From NCBI RefSeq assembly GCF_009914755.1, contig NC_060940.1: 64,000 nucleotides of DNA; one strand, written 5' to 3'. The notes under the pieces were generated by a model, which was not told the DNA's origin, ran no database searches, and worked only from the letters and a program-made list of their open reading frames with translations. The stretch comes from the human T2T-CHM13v2.0 reference genome, Homo sapiens. Positions 18,143 to 32,383 of this stretch are shown one piece after another. A program made the position numbers and the translations under genes. The stretch's first letter is position 1. Each line of letters starts with the position of its first letter.

Positions 18143-19583
18143 TAGTTCTAAATCTTACAAACTGAAGGTACTGACATGTCGGATGCTTAATGAAAAGTCC
18201 CTTGCTTCAAATTAAAATGGGCTTGTGAAATTAAAAAATCTTTCATGTCTGACTTTCACGATCTTTCACAGGACCCCTCTTTGCTTAATCTTTGAGGATT
18301 TTTGGAAGATGGTATTGTTGGTTGAGAAAGCTTATTGGAAGATGCTTCAGGTCATTGGTGTAGTTCTTCCTGCTTGTAGTTACTCATTATACTATAAGTA
18401 CAGGCAGGGACATCTTGTGGTTGAATTCATGTGGTTTTACCATCATCTGAAGCAAGATTGTGTAGTGCCAAGAACTTGGGCTTTGGAGTCAGATCCCAGA
18501 TCCACCTGTATGTAACCTGCAGAACAGCTTTAGACATAACAGGTGCTCACAAAACAGTAGCTTAGAAGGAGACTGCAGGGTCTGCTTGGGAGAAGCGCGG
18601 CATGAGCAAAGTCAGGCAGTCTCACAGCAGCATGAGGTGGCTGCAGGTGTAAAGCTGGGTGCTACTGGAGCAGAATATACTGGCAGGTGAAGGTGATGAT
18701 GAGGCCAACCCCATAGCACCTCCTCACACCCCACCAGGGCGTAGGGGCTTTCTCCCACTGGGGCCAACGGGCCATGAGTGGTTTTGAGCATTAATATAAC
18801 AAGCTTTGATCATTGTTTTCAATAGGGCATTCTGAAAACAATGGCATGGAGTAGAGTGGCTTTGAAGGGGACAGGACTTGGGCACAGGAGGTCTGAAAGC
18901 AGAGACGACAAGGGCTTGCCTTGTAGGGAAGTCAGGGACAGACTGGTGAGATATTTAGGGTGCCCAGCTTGAGAGGTGTGATGGCTGGGGACAGAAAGAG
19001 AAGCCAGTTAGGTGATGAGGTTTCAGATTTGGCCACATTGGTCTGTAGGACCACTAGGTGGAGCTCTTCAATAGGTACTTGGATGGATGGTAAATCCTGA
19101 AGATTTGGCCGCAGGTGGCAGCCAGGACCTCAAATATGTATGTGCAAGTAGAATTAGAAGAACAGTAGGCCAAAAACAGAGTGCCAGGTGGCCCAGGGGG
19201 GGACCTAGGGAGCCTGAGGTCATAGGAGCTAAGAAAGTAAGTTTGGGGTAGGAGGTAGGGCCCAACAGGTAGGTGCAGGGAGCTGGGCCCTGGTGAACAC
19301 AGTCCCCTGGCTTGATCACTGAGGAGGCCACAGTGACTCTTTTCTGTAGACAGATGGAGGTCAAGGTCAAGGAGTCCAGTGGTGAATGGAAGACAGGGAA
19401 GCAAATTACCCTCAGAAAGTAATTCTTGGATTTAAGTCTTTCCCACCTTCCATAAACACTTTGTGCAATTACTCTAGATGAGGCACTGAAAAATGCTTCG
19501 TACCTAATAATTAATCAAACTAGTGTTCCAGAGATGGGGCTTTCACCCTACCAGGGAGACAGACTGAAGACAAATACATCTGT

Positions 19584-19800
19584 GGCCAGGCTTAATGCCT
19601 CACACCTGTAATCCATCCCAGCACTTTGGGAGGCAGAGGTGGGCGGATCGCTTGAGCCCAGGAGTTTGAGACCAGCCTGGGCAACTTGGCAAAACACCAT
19701 CTCTACCAAAAATGCAAAAATTAGCTAGTTTCATAACCTGGTCTAAAAATAAATAAAGAGATAAAAATTAAAAAATAACAAGATTTTTAAAAAAGACAAA
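19584..19800 (+). mobile_element. Alu left arm / FLAM-like
   Basis: Left monomer with A-rich tail, TSD aagacaaatacat. Confidence 0.8.
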
Positions 19801-20136
19801 AAAGACAAATACATTTATGCTGCTAAATTATGGCAAGTGTTGTGCAGGGAAGAGATCAGGGTGCTGCAAGAAGAGCTAATTTAGAGTGGGAGCTCTGCAA
19901 GGCTCTCTGGGTTGCAGAGACCTTAGTAAAGACTAAAAGTTAGCTAAAGAAAGATCTTCCCTAGTAGAGAAGCAGCATGCTCAGAGGCCTGCATAGGATA
20001 GGAAGGACCTGAAAGGCAGTCTGCGCAGCTGGAGGAGGTGGGTGAGGTCAGGGAGCTCTGGGGCCTTGTAGCCTTGCTTTGGGATTGGGCTTTGCTCCCT
20101 AATGCAGTGGAAACCCGTTAGGAGTTGTCTGTTGGT

Positions 20137-20463
<327 letters not shown>

Positions 20464-20899
20464 TCATGGTACTTTAAAAAGTTTGTTTTTCTTCCTGGCT
20501 GCTGTGTGGAGAATGGATTGGAGGAAAGCCATGGTGTGAATGGAGGGGCCAGATATGAGGCAGTCATGGTTGTCTGGAGGAGATATGGTAGTGGCTGGGC
20601 CCAGGCGGCTGGCAGGCGAGGGAGCGAGGAGTAGATGGATTTGGTAGGTCACATGGAGAACACACCCACAGGCCTGTGCTGTTGAGGTTACAGGTTTCTT
20701 ATTTGAGCCACTGGGTAGATGGAGGCGGTGCTGTTCACGGAGATGGAGGAAATATATTTATTTTCTCCTTTAAAGTAGAGTATTTGGGTCAAAGAAAGAA
20801 AAATAGCATTTGTTGAACATTTTTGGAAAAATCTCTTTTTTTTAATTGGCCGATGTAGTACATTTGCCTTTTTAGCACACTGATACTTCTTACTATTTC

Positions 20900-21182
<283 letters not shown>

Positions 21183-21689
21183 CTTCCTTTAAAGTAAAAT
21201 AAAAAAATTACTCAATTTATTGTAAAAACAAACTCTTTGGCTTCTGTCCAAATGACTGTGAAAATAGATTTCTCTCAATATCCACCAATATTACCTGTTT
21301 CTGTCCATATATGTATTTAAACCCTGTTGAAAGAATTTATTGATACAAATCAATTTTTAAGGGCTTCAGTATAACGGAACCTTTTTCTACCACCCTTTTG
21401 GTTTATTTTTCCAAACTAAGCCAGTATAGATTTGAGGTTTAGGGAAAATAGGCACTTCTTTTTAATAAGAATGTGGGCTAAAACAGATCTTATGGTTCAA
21501 ATATTTACAACTTAAGGAGGCAAAGAGATTTGATAGGAAATAGACAAGGTGATGTGTCCTCTGACAGGTACACAAATCAAGAGAATATGACAGGTCCTTG
21601 GGAATGATTGTGTCAGTGTTCGCTTCCCATCCTTTTATTCTGAAAGTTCACAGTAGGGGAATGTGAGAACCAAAATGCATATGCTAGGT

Positions 21690-21992
21690 CAGGGACTGGG
21701 ACACTTTCTCTGTGGAGAGCCAGAGAATAACTATTTTAGGCTGCGTGAGCCATACGGTCTCTAGGACAACAGCTGAGATAGACATTTGTAAATGAATGGG
21801 CAGAGCGCAACACAACTACATTTTTGGACACCACAGTTTGCATTTCATGTAATTTTTACATGTGAAATATTATCTTTCTTTTGATTTTTTTTTTTAACTT
21901 TAACCACTTAAGAGTGTAAAATTCTTTTTCTCGGCTTGCAGTTCATACACAAACGGGAGGGGGGTCCTTGGGTGGTAGTTTGCTGACCCATG
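21690..21992. mobile_element. MER58-like hAT DNA transposon remnant
   Basis: Terminal gtagtttgctgacccatg; internal tattttaggct...gagccatacggtct. Confidence 0.65.
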
Positions 21993-23055
21993 CTGGAGAT
22001 AGTGAGCTCATATGGCTGGGCAGTCCCTTCACTCTGAAGAAATGGCTGTGTTTTTCATAATTCCTAGATTTCACATACACAATCTTCCACCATTTCCTTG
22101 TGTTTTCCACTGTTTTTTTATTTGAGGCGGAGTGGTGGTTCCAACATTTAATGTACCCCTAATTGTCAGAATCCAACATTCTTGATTATCTTTATGTCAG
22201 AAGTAACTAATTTTTATCTAAAATGATTCTTGAAGATTCTTTAAAATGAACAGTTGAAAAGACAACTGTGACCCCCAGCTAGGATGTACTATTACACTTT
22301 AATACACCAGCTGCTTCAGAAATGAAGACCAGCACTCCAAGGATGATGGTCGTTGTAGGGGGGCCTCTCGTGTGTTATTCGAGGGATGCCTTGCAACACC
22401 TTACTCCTTATTTAGAATCTCAAATCTGAATCATTACCTTAATAGGGCTTTTCAGTTATAAGTTACATTGTGGCTCCTACCTCCCAAGGAGTTCAATTTT
22501 AGCTTTGCATTTTTTAACTTAATTACCTTTTCTGTTCCAATCTCCCAGTTTGCTTTCATCCATGTATTATATATAATCACAAGCAAGGAAGACGTCTTTG
22601 ATAATCCTGACTTATTTGATGGCCTGGTAATGCCACAGTTTCTTAGGCAGCTTAGAGCTCTTGCTTTTAAGGGCTAGCCCACATTCTCAGTCCAAGGCCG
22701 CTCTGCTGTCAACGATCCAATTACCTGAAACGTTTTTATTATCTGCAGATTTTCTTAAAATTGCCTCTGCAGTGGGGGATTGCCAGATGTCACCCGGAAC
22801 ACACAAACAGCCCCACTACGGGCCCCTGTTCTGTAGAAAGATGCCCAGTCTTGCTTCTGAAGGTTGCTTTTTAAAACCAGAATGAAGGTTGCTTTTTAAA
22901 ACCAGAATCATCTGGATTGCATTCTGTCTCTTCATTAAGATTAGACTATTCTCAGGAACAAGGGCTGGGAGAGGGCTGCATCTTTTTTGGTCGATAAGAG
23001 CCTTTCCTGTTATAATTGAGTCCTCGTGCTGGAATGAATGGTCTTCTCTTTGCAG

Positions 23056-23230
23056 GTTCAGTGTCTGTGGTCAGATATCAATCATTCGCTTCCCCGACAC
23101 CGTCAAGCAGATGAATAAATACAAAGTTGTCCTGTCATCTCAAGACAAGGACAAGTCTTTGGTCACCGTGGAGACAGATGCTCATGGATCATTTTGTTTT
23201 AAAGCAAACCCAGGGACTTACAAAGTGCAG
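23056..23230 (+). CDS. NOMO3: NOMO exon 12 (175 bp): FSVCGQISIIRFPDTVKQMNKYKVVLSSQDKDKSLVTVETDAHGSFCFKANPGTYKVQ
   Basis: ttgcag|GTTCAG...GTGCAG|gtgcga; ORF 22889..23278. Confidence 0.96.
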
Positions 23231-24627
23231 GTGCGATGCATTGTTTTAAATTTAAAATGTTTTGAGAAAAAGCAGTGATTTTTAGAAGGGTTATTAGGTC
23301 GAATGGGGTTAGAGAAGGAGCATTCCAGTTTCCAACTTCTTGTTTTTAAGTCTTTACAATCCTGCACCAGTAGAGGAGAGTCAGATAGGCATCCAGCTAA
23401 AAAATAATGCCATCTGCCTCTCTTTTTTCCAGTCTTGATGTTTATTAGTATCAGGCTGCCAGTCACTCCTCTACCTTCAGGCTTCTGGCTGCTGTAGAAT
23501 GTCGATGAGTCCAAGAGGACACCAAAAATGAACTCTACTAATGGCCGCTCAAAAATGGCCATAGTGCGTGGCTTCTGGGACCCCAGGCCAAAATGGAGCT
23601 TCCCATTTCCTGCTTTGCCTTGACTTCAAGATGGCTAGGCAGGGACCACGCGACTTATCCATTCAAGCAGGCCGAGAACGGGGAGACGGTCTGGCCTGTG
23701 GTCTCATCACCATGGTGAAGGCCCAAGCCACAGCTGGCCCAAGCAAGCAAGAGACAGGACAGAGCAGAGGTCAGCCCACCATGCCTTTCAGTGCAGTGGC
23801 CCTGCCCTTGGGGAGAGACTGTTTCCGTGGGCTGTCACCCATCAAATCAGCAGCTGCCCTTCCTCCCTGTGGAAGAGCAAATAACACAAAGGGAGAGGGC
23901 CGAGAAGGTTCCCTGTTAGACTCTGCTGTCCTCTAGGGCAAAGTGGGGTCCCTCCCTCTGTGGGAAACAGGGTAGGAGATTGCGTTCTCCCTGCTTCCAC
24001 AGAACAGCGTGGTGTGTGGGTTGACAGCTGACTTTATTAGATGGTAGCTGGCTTCTTGCGAAGATGTCCACATTGACAAGTCTTTGGAAGCCCTTTCGGA
24101 AGCATGATGGACTTCTCCAAGGAAGGGCAGTGTCGTCTTTACTAGGGATGAAAGAGTTGACCGCTGCTACCTTCACCTGTTCCTCTTCTTAGCCCATGAA
24201 AGGCACGCAGAACAATAGGAGGAAGAAAATGACTTAATTCCACCAAAGTGTCATCCACATAGTGTTGACAGGTTCAGAGCTTATGCTACAAGTGATCCGA
24301 AGCCGGGAAAAGTGACTGGGATGTAGTATGGTTTCTAGTATGTAAGTGAGGCGTGTCCGCGTTGCGGGCCTGTGGGGAATTAGGCCAGATAGACTTTTGT
24401 TCATACACATCGGTCTGTTGAGGCTAATTTTTCATCTGGGTAGAACCGTGCTTACTTCACACAAGTTATTCGTGGATTTGTTGTGATTGTAAAATCAGCC
24501 TGGAAACGAACCTTTGGCCTTCAAAATCTCTTTAGCCTTGGTCCCAGATGAATGTTCTAGCGCCCTGTAGGTCAGGGGGAAGATCTCCCCGAATGCAGCC
24601 TCTAACGTTCCATCCACGTTTCCGCAG

Positions 24628-24769
24628 GTGATGGTTCCTGAGGCAGAAACCAGAGCAGGGCTGACGTTGAAACCCCAGACATTTCCTCTTACTGTGACCG
24701 ACAGGCCTGTGATGGATGTGGCCTTTGTACAGTTCTTGGCATCAGTTTCTGGGAAAGTCTCTTGTTTGG
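24628..24769 (+). CDS. NOMO3: NOMO exon 13 (142 bp): VMVPEAETRAGLTLKPQTFPLTVTDRPVMDVAFVQFLASVSGKVSCL(D)
   Basis: ccgcag|GTGATG...TTGG|gtaaga. Confidence 0.96.
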
Positions 24770-25066
24770 GTAAGATATCACTGGAAAGTAAGAACACATA
24801 GTTTCAAAGAAGTCAGCCGGTAGGAGTGGGATTTGGGAAACTTTTTGTTTTGCCTTTGTTGTTTGCTACTGATCACCTGCGTGCGAGGGAGGCTTCTTGG
24901 AGTCAGGTGGGTACATGTTAACTTGAAAGAAGCGCTCCGTCTGCCTCCGGCCACTGCCTCTTAGGAGCTCAGCAGTAGCAAGAAGCTATTACATAGGGTT
25001 AGGATTCGAACCTGTGCTGAAGCCTTATAAGGGGTCACATGGAGCCCTCCCTTCTTTTCCCTGCAG

Positions 25067-25198
25067 ACACCTGTGGTGACTTGCTGGTGACTCTACAGTC
25101 CCTGAGCCGCCAGGGTGAGAAGCGGAGCCTCCAGCTCTCCGGCAAGGTCAACGCCATGACTTTCACCTTTGACAACGTGCTCCCTGGAAAATACAAAA
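25067..25198 (+). CDS. NOMO3: NOMO exon 14 (132 bp): DTCGDLLVTLQSLSRQGEKRSLQLSGKVNAMTFTFDNVLPGKYK(I)
   Basis: ctgcag|ACACC...TACAAAA|gtaaga; ORF 25039..25347. Confidence 0.96.
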
Positions 25199-26099
25199 GT
25201 AAGAATTGGAATGCAACATCCTGTGGCCCTCACACACTTCTTGTCTTTGTAAACTTTCTAAAACTCAGGTCTCAAATTGTATCACGACCATGTACCTTTC
25301 CTTGTTTTAAGTCGTCTTTGCCTCGTGACCTTGACTGCATTATTTAGCGTTGGACAAGCATGGAGGAGTCCAGGCCCTGAGCTGACCGCCACCTTGTCTG
25401 CACAGCCCACTGGCGGCTTCTGTTAAGGGAGGGTGCCCCGACGTATGGCATTTTATTTCTAAAGCCCAGAGAAAGGAGTGTGAAATAGTTCCACTGATGT
25501 GTTCTACTAACTTAGCAGTACTGGTGCTGAGTACTGGCCATGGCAAGGTACTTGACCTCCCTGAAACTCAGTTTTCCCATCTGTAAAATAGACGTAATAG
25601 AACCTTTCTGCAGAATATAAGACTAAAAGAAGTAAAGTTTATAAAGCCCGTTGTGCAGAGAGCCAGCTAAGTAGCTGGTGCCCACAAATGTTACTTCCCT
25701 TTTCCTTGCCCTTCTTAAGAAGCCACTTCTTGCCTGTATTTCTGCTTTTTCAGAAATCAGCTTGGGGCTGCTGGCAGTGGATAGCTCATAAAACAGACTG
25801 CTTTTTCTGGAATTATATTAATATTTTCTGTTATGGCAGGGCTTGGCAGACTACAAAAACTGCCTTTTATAAGCGTAGTTTCCTTAGAATACAGCCTTGC
25901 CCATTTGTTTATGGATTCTCTATGGCTGCTCGTGTGTAACAGTGGCCAAGTCGAGTGGTTGAGGCTGACAAAGCATGTGGCCTGCAAAACTGAAAAGAGT
26001 TACAGAAAAAGTTTGTGGATCCCTGAATACCTTACTTGCAGCCTGATCTTACAGGCCCCATTAGATTTCTTTCTTGATGTAATGGAAATTGGTTCCAGT

Positions 26100-26400
26100 T
26101 TTTCTTTCTTTTTTTTTGAAATTTAGCCTCGCTCTGTCACCCAGGCCGGAGTGTGGTGGCGCGACCTTGGCTCACTGCAACCTCTCCGCCTTCTGGGTGC
26201 AGGAGATTCTCTTGCCTCAGCTTCCCGAGTAGCTGGGATTACAGGCATGCACCACCATGCCTGGATAACTTTTGTATTTTTAGTAGAGATGGGGTTTTGC
26301 TATGTTGGTCAGACTGGTCTTGAACTCCTGGCTTCAAGCCATCCACTGCCGTCGGCCTCCCAGAGTGCTGGGATTATAGGCATGAGCCACCACGCTCGAC
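26100..26400 (-). mobile_element. Alu
   Basis: Antisense consensus. Confidence 0.88.
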
Positions 26401-26596
26401 TCCAGGTTTTCTTTAGCAGTAATTTATTCCAAATACTGCTAGTTATAAATATATGTATGTGTATATTTCTATCTTTATGTCTACATACACACCTGCTTTT
26501 TAAAATTAGTTAATTCATGATCATTGTTTCTGGTGGCGTGCAGGGAGGTGGTGTGCTCCACGCCCATGTATCCGTTTTTGGTGTTTGCTTTTGCAG

Positions 26597-26733
26597 TAAG
26601 CATCATGCATGAGGATTGGTGCTGGAAGAACAAGAGCCTGGAGGTGGAAGTGCTGGAGGATGACGTGTCTGCAGTTGAGTTCAGGCAGACGGGCTACATG
26701 CTGAGATGTTCCCTGTCTCACGCCATCACTCTG
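26597..26733 (+). CDS. NOMO3: NOMO exon 15 (137 bp): SIMHEDWCWKNKSLEVEVLEDDVSAVEFRQTGYMLRCSLSHAITL
   Basis: ttgcag|TAAGC...ACTCTG|gtatgt; ORF 26524..26928. Confidence 0.96.
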
Positions 26734-27186
26734 GTATGTACGGCTTATGGAGTCTCTTATTTGGAAAAGCGCTTGCCTTGTGGATGTCAAGAAAGACTAA
26801 CATCCCAGGAATATTGTAAACGTAGGCAAGTCAGATTTCCTTTTCTGCCTCTGCACTCACCCACCTGTTACGCAACGCATAATCAGGAAGCATTTATACT
26901 CTCTCAGTGGAAGGACCCCTGTATTTAGGAGGTTTCCTTGTCCTGGCCCTACACTAAATCTGACTGGTGATTCGGGGTGACCTTTGGTACAGTGTAGAGC
27001 ACACTGGCTTTATATTATTAGTAATAATAGCTTTGGGTAAATTCATTTACTGCTTCTCAGCCTCAGTTTTCACCGAAAATTGAGATCTTAATACCTACTT
27101 CTCAGGGTTATGGCAGGGCTTAAGTGAACCCTCTTAGGTATCAAAGTGTCCTTGGTGTACACCGCTCTGTACTGCCAAGTGAGTTT

Positions 27187-27191
<5 letters not shown>

Positions 27192-27253
<62 letters not shown>

Positions 27254-27550
27254 GAGATGGAGTCTTGCTCTGTTGCCCAGGCTGGAGTGCAGTGGTGCAA
27301 TCTCGGCTCACTGAAACCTCCGCCTCCCGAGTTCAAGCGATTCTCCTGCTTCAGCCCCCCGAGTAGCTGGGACTAGAGGTGCGTGCCGCCATGCCCAGCT
27401 AATTTTTTTCTTTTTTTTTTGTATTTTTGTTAGAGACAGAGTTCCACCATGTTGGCCAGACTGGTCTTAAAACTCCTGACCTCAGGGGATCCACCCGCGT
27501 TGGCCTCGCAGAGTGCTAGGATTACAGGCGTGAGCCATTGTGCCCCACCT
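27192..27550 (-). mobile_element. Alu with compound (TA)n + poly-T tail
   Basis: About 17 TA units, then a T-run, then antisense Alu. Confidence 0.9.
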
Positions 27551-27959
27551 TCTCTGGTGTATTTGTTCCAGTGCAGGGGAAGAAGCTGTAAACAGGATCT
27601 TAGCTTCTTGTTGACTGTGGTCTCTGTGGCCTGAAAGGCAGTGTGAAATGGGTTTCAGGAGCACCTCTGTAGATCCCTTCGTGAATTTTCTATAATGTTT
27701 TGATGTCGAGCGGCGGCAGATGTCATCGTCAGGTCTTAGTTTCTCTGTAGAGAAACTAGAAGAATTGGAACTGGTGTTTCATGTGCCAACTTACTCCCCT
27801 AACTGCTTAATTACAAAAACTCCACAGGTCGATTTGTTATAGGAGATCGATTAATATCCGGTTCATAATAAGTGATAGATATTTAGGAAACCTTTCCCTT
27901 CCAGCAGTGGAGTGGATTTCCAGCTCTCTTGTAATAAGATCCTTTTTTTTTTTTTTTTT

Positions 27960-28425
27960 TGACACTTCCTTAACCCCTTCTTTATCTCCTCCCACTGTCC
28001 CCTCACTCGCCGGGCCCCAGCCACAGTGGTCCTCTGCAGTCCCACACCAAGCTCACTCCCTCCTCGGGGCCTTTGCACATACTCTCCCCTCTGCCTGGAG
28101 TGCTGTGACTTCTCCAGAAACACGTGTTGTTGGTTTTTCCTCCTCATTCAGGTGCAGCCCTATTGTTCAGGAGAGATGTGCCCTGGGACCAGCGAGCTAA
28201 AGACCCCTCGGTGGGGATTGTTCTTCTCTTGCTTTCCTGTTTATTTTCACAGCTTCGTTACTGACCAGTTGAGATCACTAATTTATTTGTTGTTGCGTTG
28301 ATTTTGTCTTCCTGTATTAGAACATAAGCCCTGTGAGAGCAGGAGCCATGGTCATGACTCCCAAGGCCCAGCCTTGTGTCTGTCACATAGCAGGTGCTCA
28401 ATAAATATTAGTTGATTGAATGAAA
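27960..28425. mobile_element. L2 remnant
   Basis: gggcctttgcacatactctcccctctgcctgga; acatagcaggtgctcaataaatatt...tgaatgaa. Confidence 0.7.
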
Positions 28426-28598
28426 AATAGCACACTTTTGTTGGAAGTTTTGGGAGGTTTTTAATTTTCCTGTGGCACCCAACTGCTCCAATGATTAATG
28501 GGCAAAACAGATGACTGGTTTGGAAAGAGAAATATTATTAATCATCTTGGTGTCTCCATCTCTCTTAGTAAGTCATTGTATTGGCTTTGCTCCCTTAG

Positions 28599-28686
28599 GA
28601 ATTTTATCAGGATGGAAATGGGCGTGAGAATGTGGGGATTTATAACCTCTCCAAAGGAGTCAACCGATTCTGCCTGTCCAAGCCTG
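28599..28686 (+). CDS. NOMO3: NOMO exon 16 (88 bp): EFYQDGNGRENVGIYNLSKGVNRFCLSKP(G)
   Basis: ccttag|GAATTT...CCTG|gtaagt. Confidence 0.96.
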
Positions 28687-28720
28687 GTAAGTTTGGAAGG
28701 ATTGATGTGCCATGAATTAG

Positions 28721-29288
<568 letters not shown>

Positions 29289-29309
29289 CTCTCTCTCTTT
29301 TATAATGGC

Positions 29310-30045
29310 TTTTTTTGGAGGCAGAATTTGCATATCATAAAACTCACCTATTTAAGATGTACAATAAAATGATTTGTAGTAAATTTATCAAGTTGCACAA
29401 CCATGGCCAGAATCCAGTTTTAGATTTGTTCATCACCCACAATGTAAGATCCTCTGTGCCCGTTGACAGTTAATCCCTGTTTCTAGCCATGGCCAGCCAC
29501 TGATCTATTTTCTGTCCCCATGGATTGGCTTTTTTTGGACGTTTATCATACGATGCTGGTATTTTGTTTGGCTTCTTTTATTTAACATGTTTTTGAAGTT
29601 TATCTGTGTCATGGCACATATCAGTAGTTTGTTCTGTTACATTGCTGTGTAGTATTCTGGTGTGTGGTTATATCATATTTTGTGTATCCATTTATCAGTT
29701 GGTGGATATTTGAGTGGTTTCCAGTTTGACGCTGTTATGACTAATGTTACGGACATTCTTATACAAGTCTTTGTGTCCGTATGTTTTCGTTTTTCTTGTT
29801 TCGATACCTAGGAATGGAATTGCTGCATTGTGTGATAAGTTTATGTTTAACCTTTTAAGAAACTGTCAAATTGTTTTCCACAGAGGCTGTGTCATTTGAT
29901 ATTCCCACCAGCAATGCACGAGGGTTCCGGTTTCTTCACCTCCTTCGCCAACATTTGTTATTGTCTGTTTTATTATAGTCATCTTGGTAGATGTGAAGTC
30001 GTGTCTCATTGTGGTTTTGTTTTGCATTTTCCTAATGAATAATTC
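29310..30045 (-). mobile_element. L1 (L1MB-like) 3' fragment
   Basis: atacctaggaatggaattgctg; ttcccaccagcaatg; tctcattgtggttttg. Confidence 0.8.
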
Positions 30046-31675
30046 AGTGGCTCCTCCGTTTGGTTCCCAAGATAAAATACAAACTCCTTAACCTGATCTT
30101 AGCTCCTGTGTAACCCAGCCCTGTCTGCCACTGTCTCTACTCCAGCCACTCTGTCCTTCTGGGTGTCAGTTCAGCTGCCTTTGGCTACATGTAACAAAAT
30201 CCATACAGCAGTGCCATTGGCAAGTGGTAGTTTATTTGGCTCAATAAAGAAGTGTGGCAGTGCGTGGCTGCCAGCATGGGTTCAGCAGCTGGTAGATGTT
30301 AGGGGTGGTGTCTTTGTGATTCTTTAGGCCTTTCCCTTCTATTTTTTGCCTTGTATTTTCAAGATGGCTGTGGTTAGAAAACTTATGTTTAAAGGAGGAA
30401 GTCAAGGAGAGGGCAGGCAAACATTTCCTTGCGCCCCCTCCTCCAGTAAGCTACTTGTCTGTATTATTGGCCAGAACCGTGCCACATGGTTACTTCTAGC
30501 TGCAAGGGAGGCTGGGACAGTTGGATGTGCTACCCGAGGCTGAGCACGTTGCCACCCTCAACATAACCAGGGTTTGTTCTCAAGGCAGGAAGGATGCCTG
30601 TTGAGGAAACAATGAGCCAGCCTGTGAGGCAGATGCTGTTCTCTGTGGACATCTCCTCCTGCCCCTCCTAGCTGGGGCCTTCTTACCCATCAGTTCAGTA
30701 TTGCTTCCTGGGGAAGGATGGCCTCCAGGGCCACTTAGGCCTGCCTCCTACACTCTTGCTCTCAGCACTCACTTCTATCCCCTTCTTGCATGTGCCACAA
30801 TTGATATGTTTGTGGCTGTCAAATGCTCCCCCTCTCTGTGGATGGTAAACTCCATGAAGACAGGGACCACTGCTCTGTCATTCCCCACTGTGTACCAGTA
30901 CCTAGCATAATACCTGGCCAGGAAGAGATGCTCTGTCGATATTTGTTGAATGAAAGACCAAACAAAACAAACAGAGAAACCTGATTTTTTTTTTTTTTTT
31001 TTTTTGATGGTAACTACTCTGGGGCTTGTTGAGTGCAATGAAAACAGCAGGGTGGTTTTAGCTAATTTCAGGTTTTTGTAGGAAGTGTGGCCAAAATACT
31101 GGTTAATGATGATTTGGGGGAAATACATTGTTATTCCTTGTATCTTCCTGAAATTGACTGTGTTCCTCTGGCAAGTGATGAAATGTACCCCTACTCGGAG
31201 TGTCCTCCCACACAGACTCACACTTTTCTGGGGCTTCCCTTACTCCTTACCTCCTTTTTAGGAATATTTATAGGAAGAAATTGAGGCTGTGGTTATCTCT
31301 TGGATCCTTAATAGAATCTTTTAAGTAGGAAATTATCCTCAGTCCAATTTGCAGTAGAAACGTACTTTCTGTTCCTTCTCGTGCATGGGTCCGTTCACCT
31401 GGTCTGTGCAGATTTAACTACTGTGAGTTGTTACCTTATGGAAAATGAAAATCATGCGCCTGTGATCGGGCCATTGCATGGATCGGGTCATTGGTAAGAC
31501 GCCTTCATAGGCAGTGAAAACGATGCCTGCCCAGTATTTCTGATCCCATTATTGCAGATCTGCGATACATTTGAGTTTTCACATGCAAAGAGCTGCCACT
31601 CGATTTCAGATGTCGGAATTGCTCAGTGTAATAGATGCCATTCTCTGAAAATTACTTTTGATTTCCTGTCTGTAG

Positions 31676-31739
31676 GTGTGTACAAAGTGACCCCTCGCTC
31701 CTGCCACCGGTTTGAGCAAGCGTTCTACACCTATGACAC
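31676..31739 (+). CDS. NOMO3: NOMO exon 17 (64 bp): GVYKVTPRSCHRFEQAFYTYDT
   Basis: ctgtag|GTGTG...GACAC|gtaagc; ORF 31552..31743. Confidence 0.96.
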
Positions 31740-32287
31740 GTAAGCCTGGGAATTGAATGCTTTGTGGTGTTTGTATACATTCCGTGGAGGATTCTTCATT
31801 TACTTCAGAGAACAAAAGGAGTTTTTCTGTTTTTTTTCTGAAAGAGGCAAGGTTAGGCCTTCAACAGCATTTCTAGATAAGGATTTTAAGACACTTGGAT
31901 TAGTTACTGAGGAACCGGAGACAGGATCCCTTTCCCAAGAATTCTGTAACCCCAGGATAGAGGGCTGTGTTTTTGAAGTGCCTTAAATAGAAGCTTTGTC
32001 AAATCTCCCAGCCCTCACCGATGGGCATCTGTCAAGTTCAAGTCTGCCATTTTTGTATTTTTACAGACGTGTGTGGGTTTCACTGGGAATTGGAAGCATA
32101 AAGTTGTGGAGTGGAGAATTAGTTTACTCTTTAAAATACTTCTCTGGATCTCCAGAGTTATTTTACCCCAGACTAAAAGCAATTTTCTGTAGTATATTTA
32201 GGGTGAAGAAGGATGCCCAAAAAGGGTATTGCTGATGATCTTCTGAGAATGAGTAGGTTCTAGCGTTTCCTCTGCTTTGATTTGTAG

Positions 32288-32383
32288 GTCTTCACCTAGT
32301 ATCTTGACATTGACAGCCATTCGCCACCATGTCCTTGGAACTATCACCACCGACAAAATGATGGATGTCACTGTGACTATCAA
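32288..32383 (+). CDS. NOMO3: NOMO exon 18 (96 bp): SSPSILTLTAIRHHVLGTITTDKMMDVTVTI(K)
   Basis: ttgtag|GTCTTC...ATCAA|gtaaga. Confidence 0.96.

Noticed and set aside
31463-31494. Short imperfect direct repeat gatcgggccattg / gatcgggtcattg in intron 16, considered as a snoRNA or regulatory element
   Set aside because: No convincing C/D or H/ACA arrangement; too short to separate from chance.
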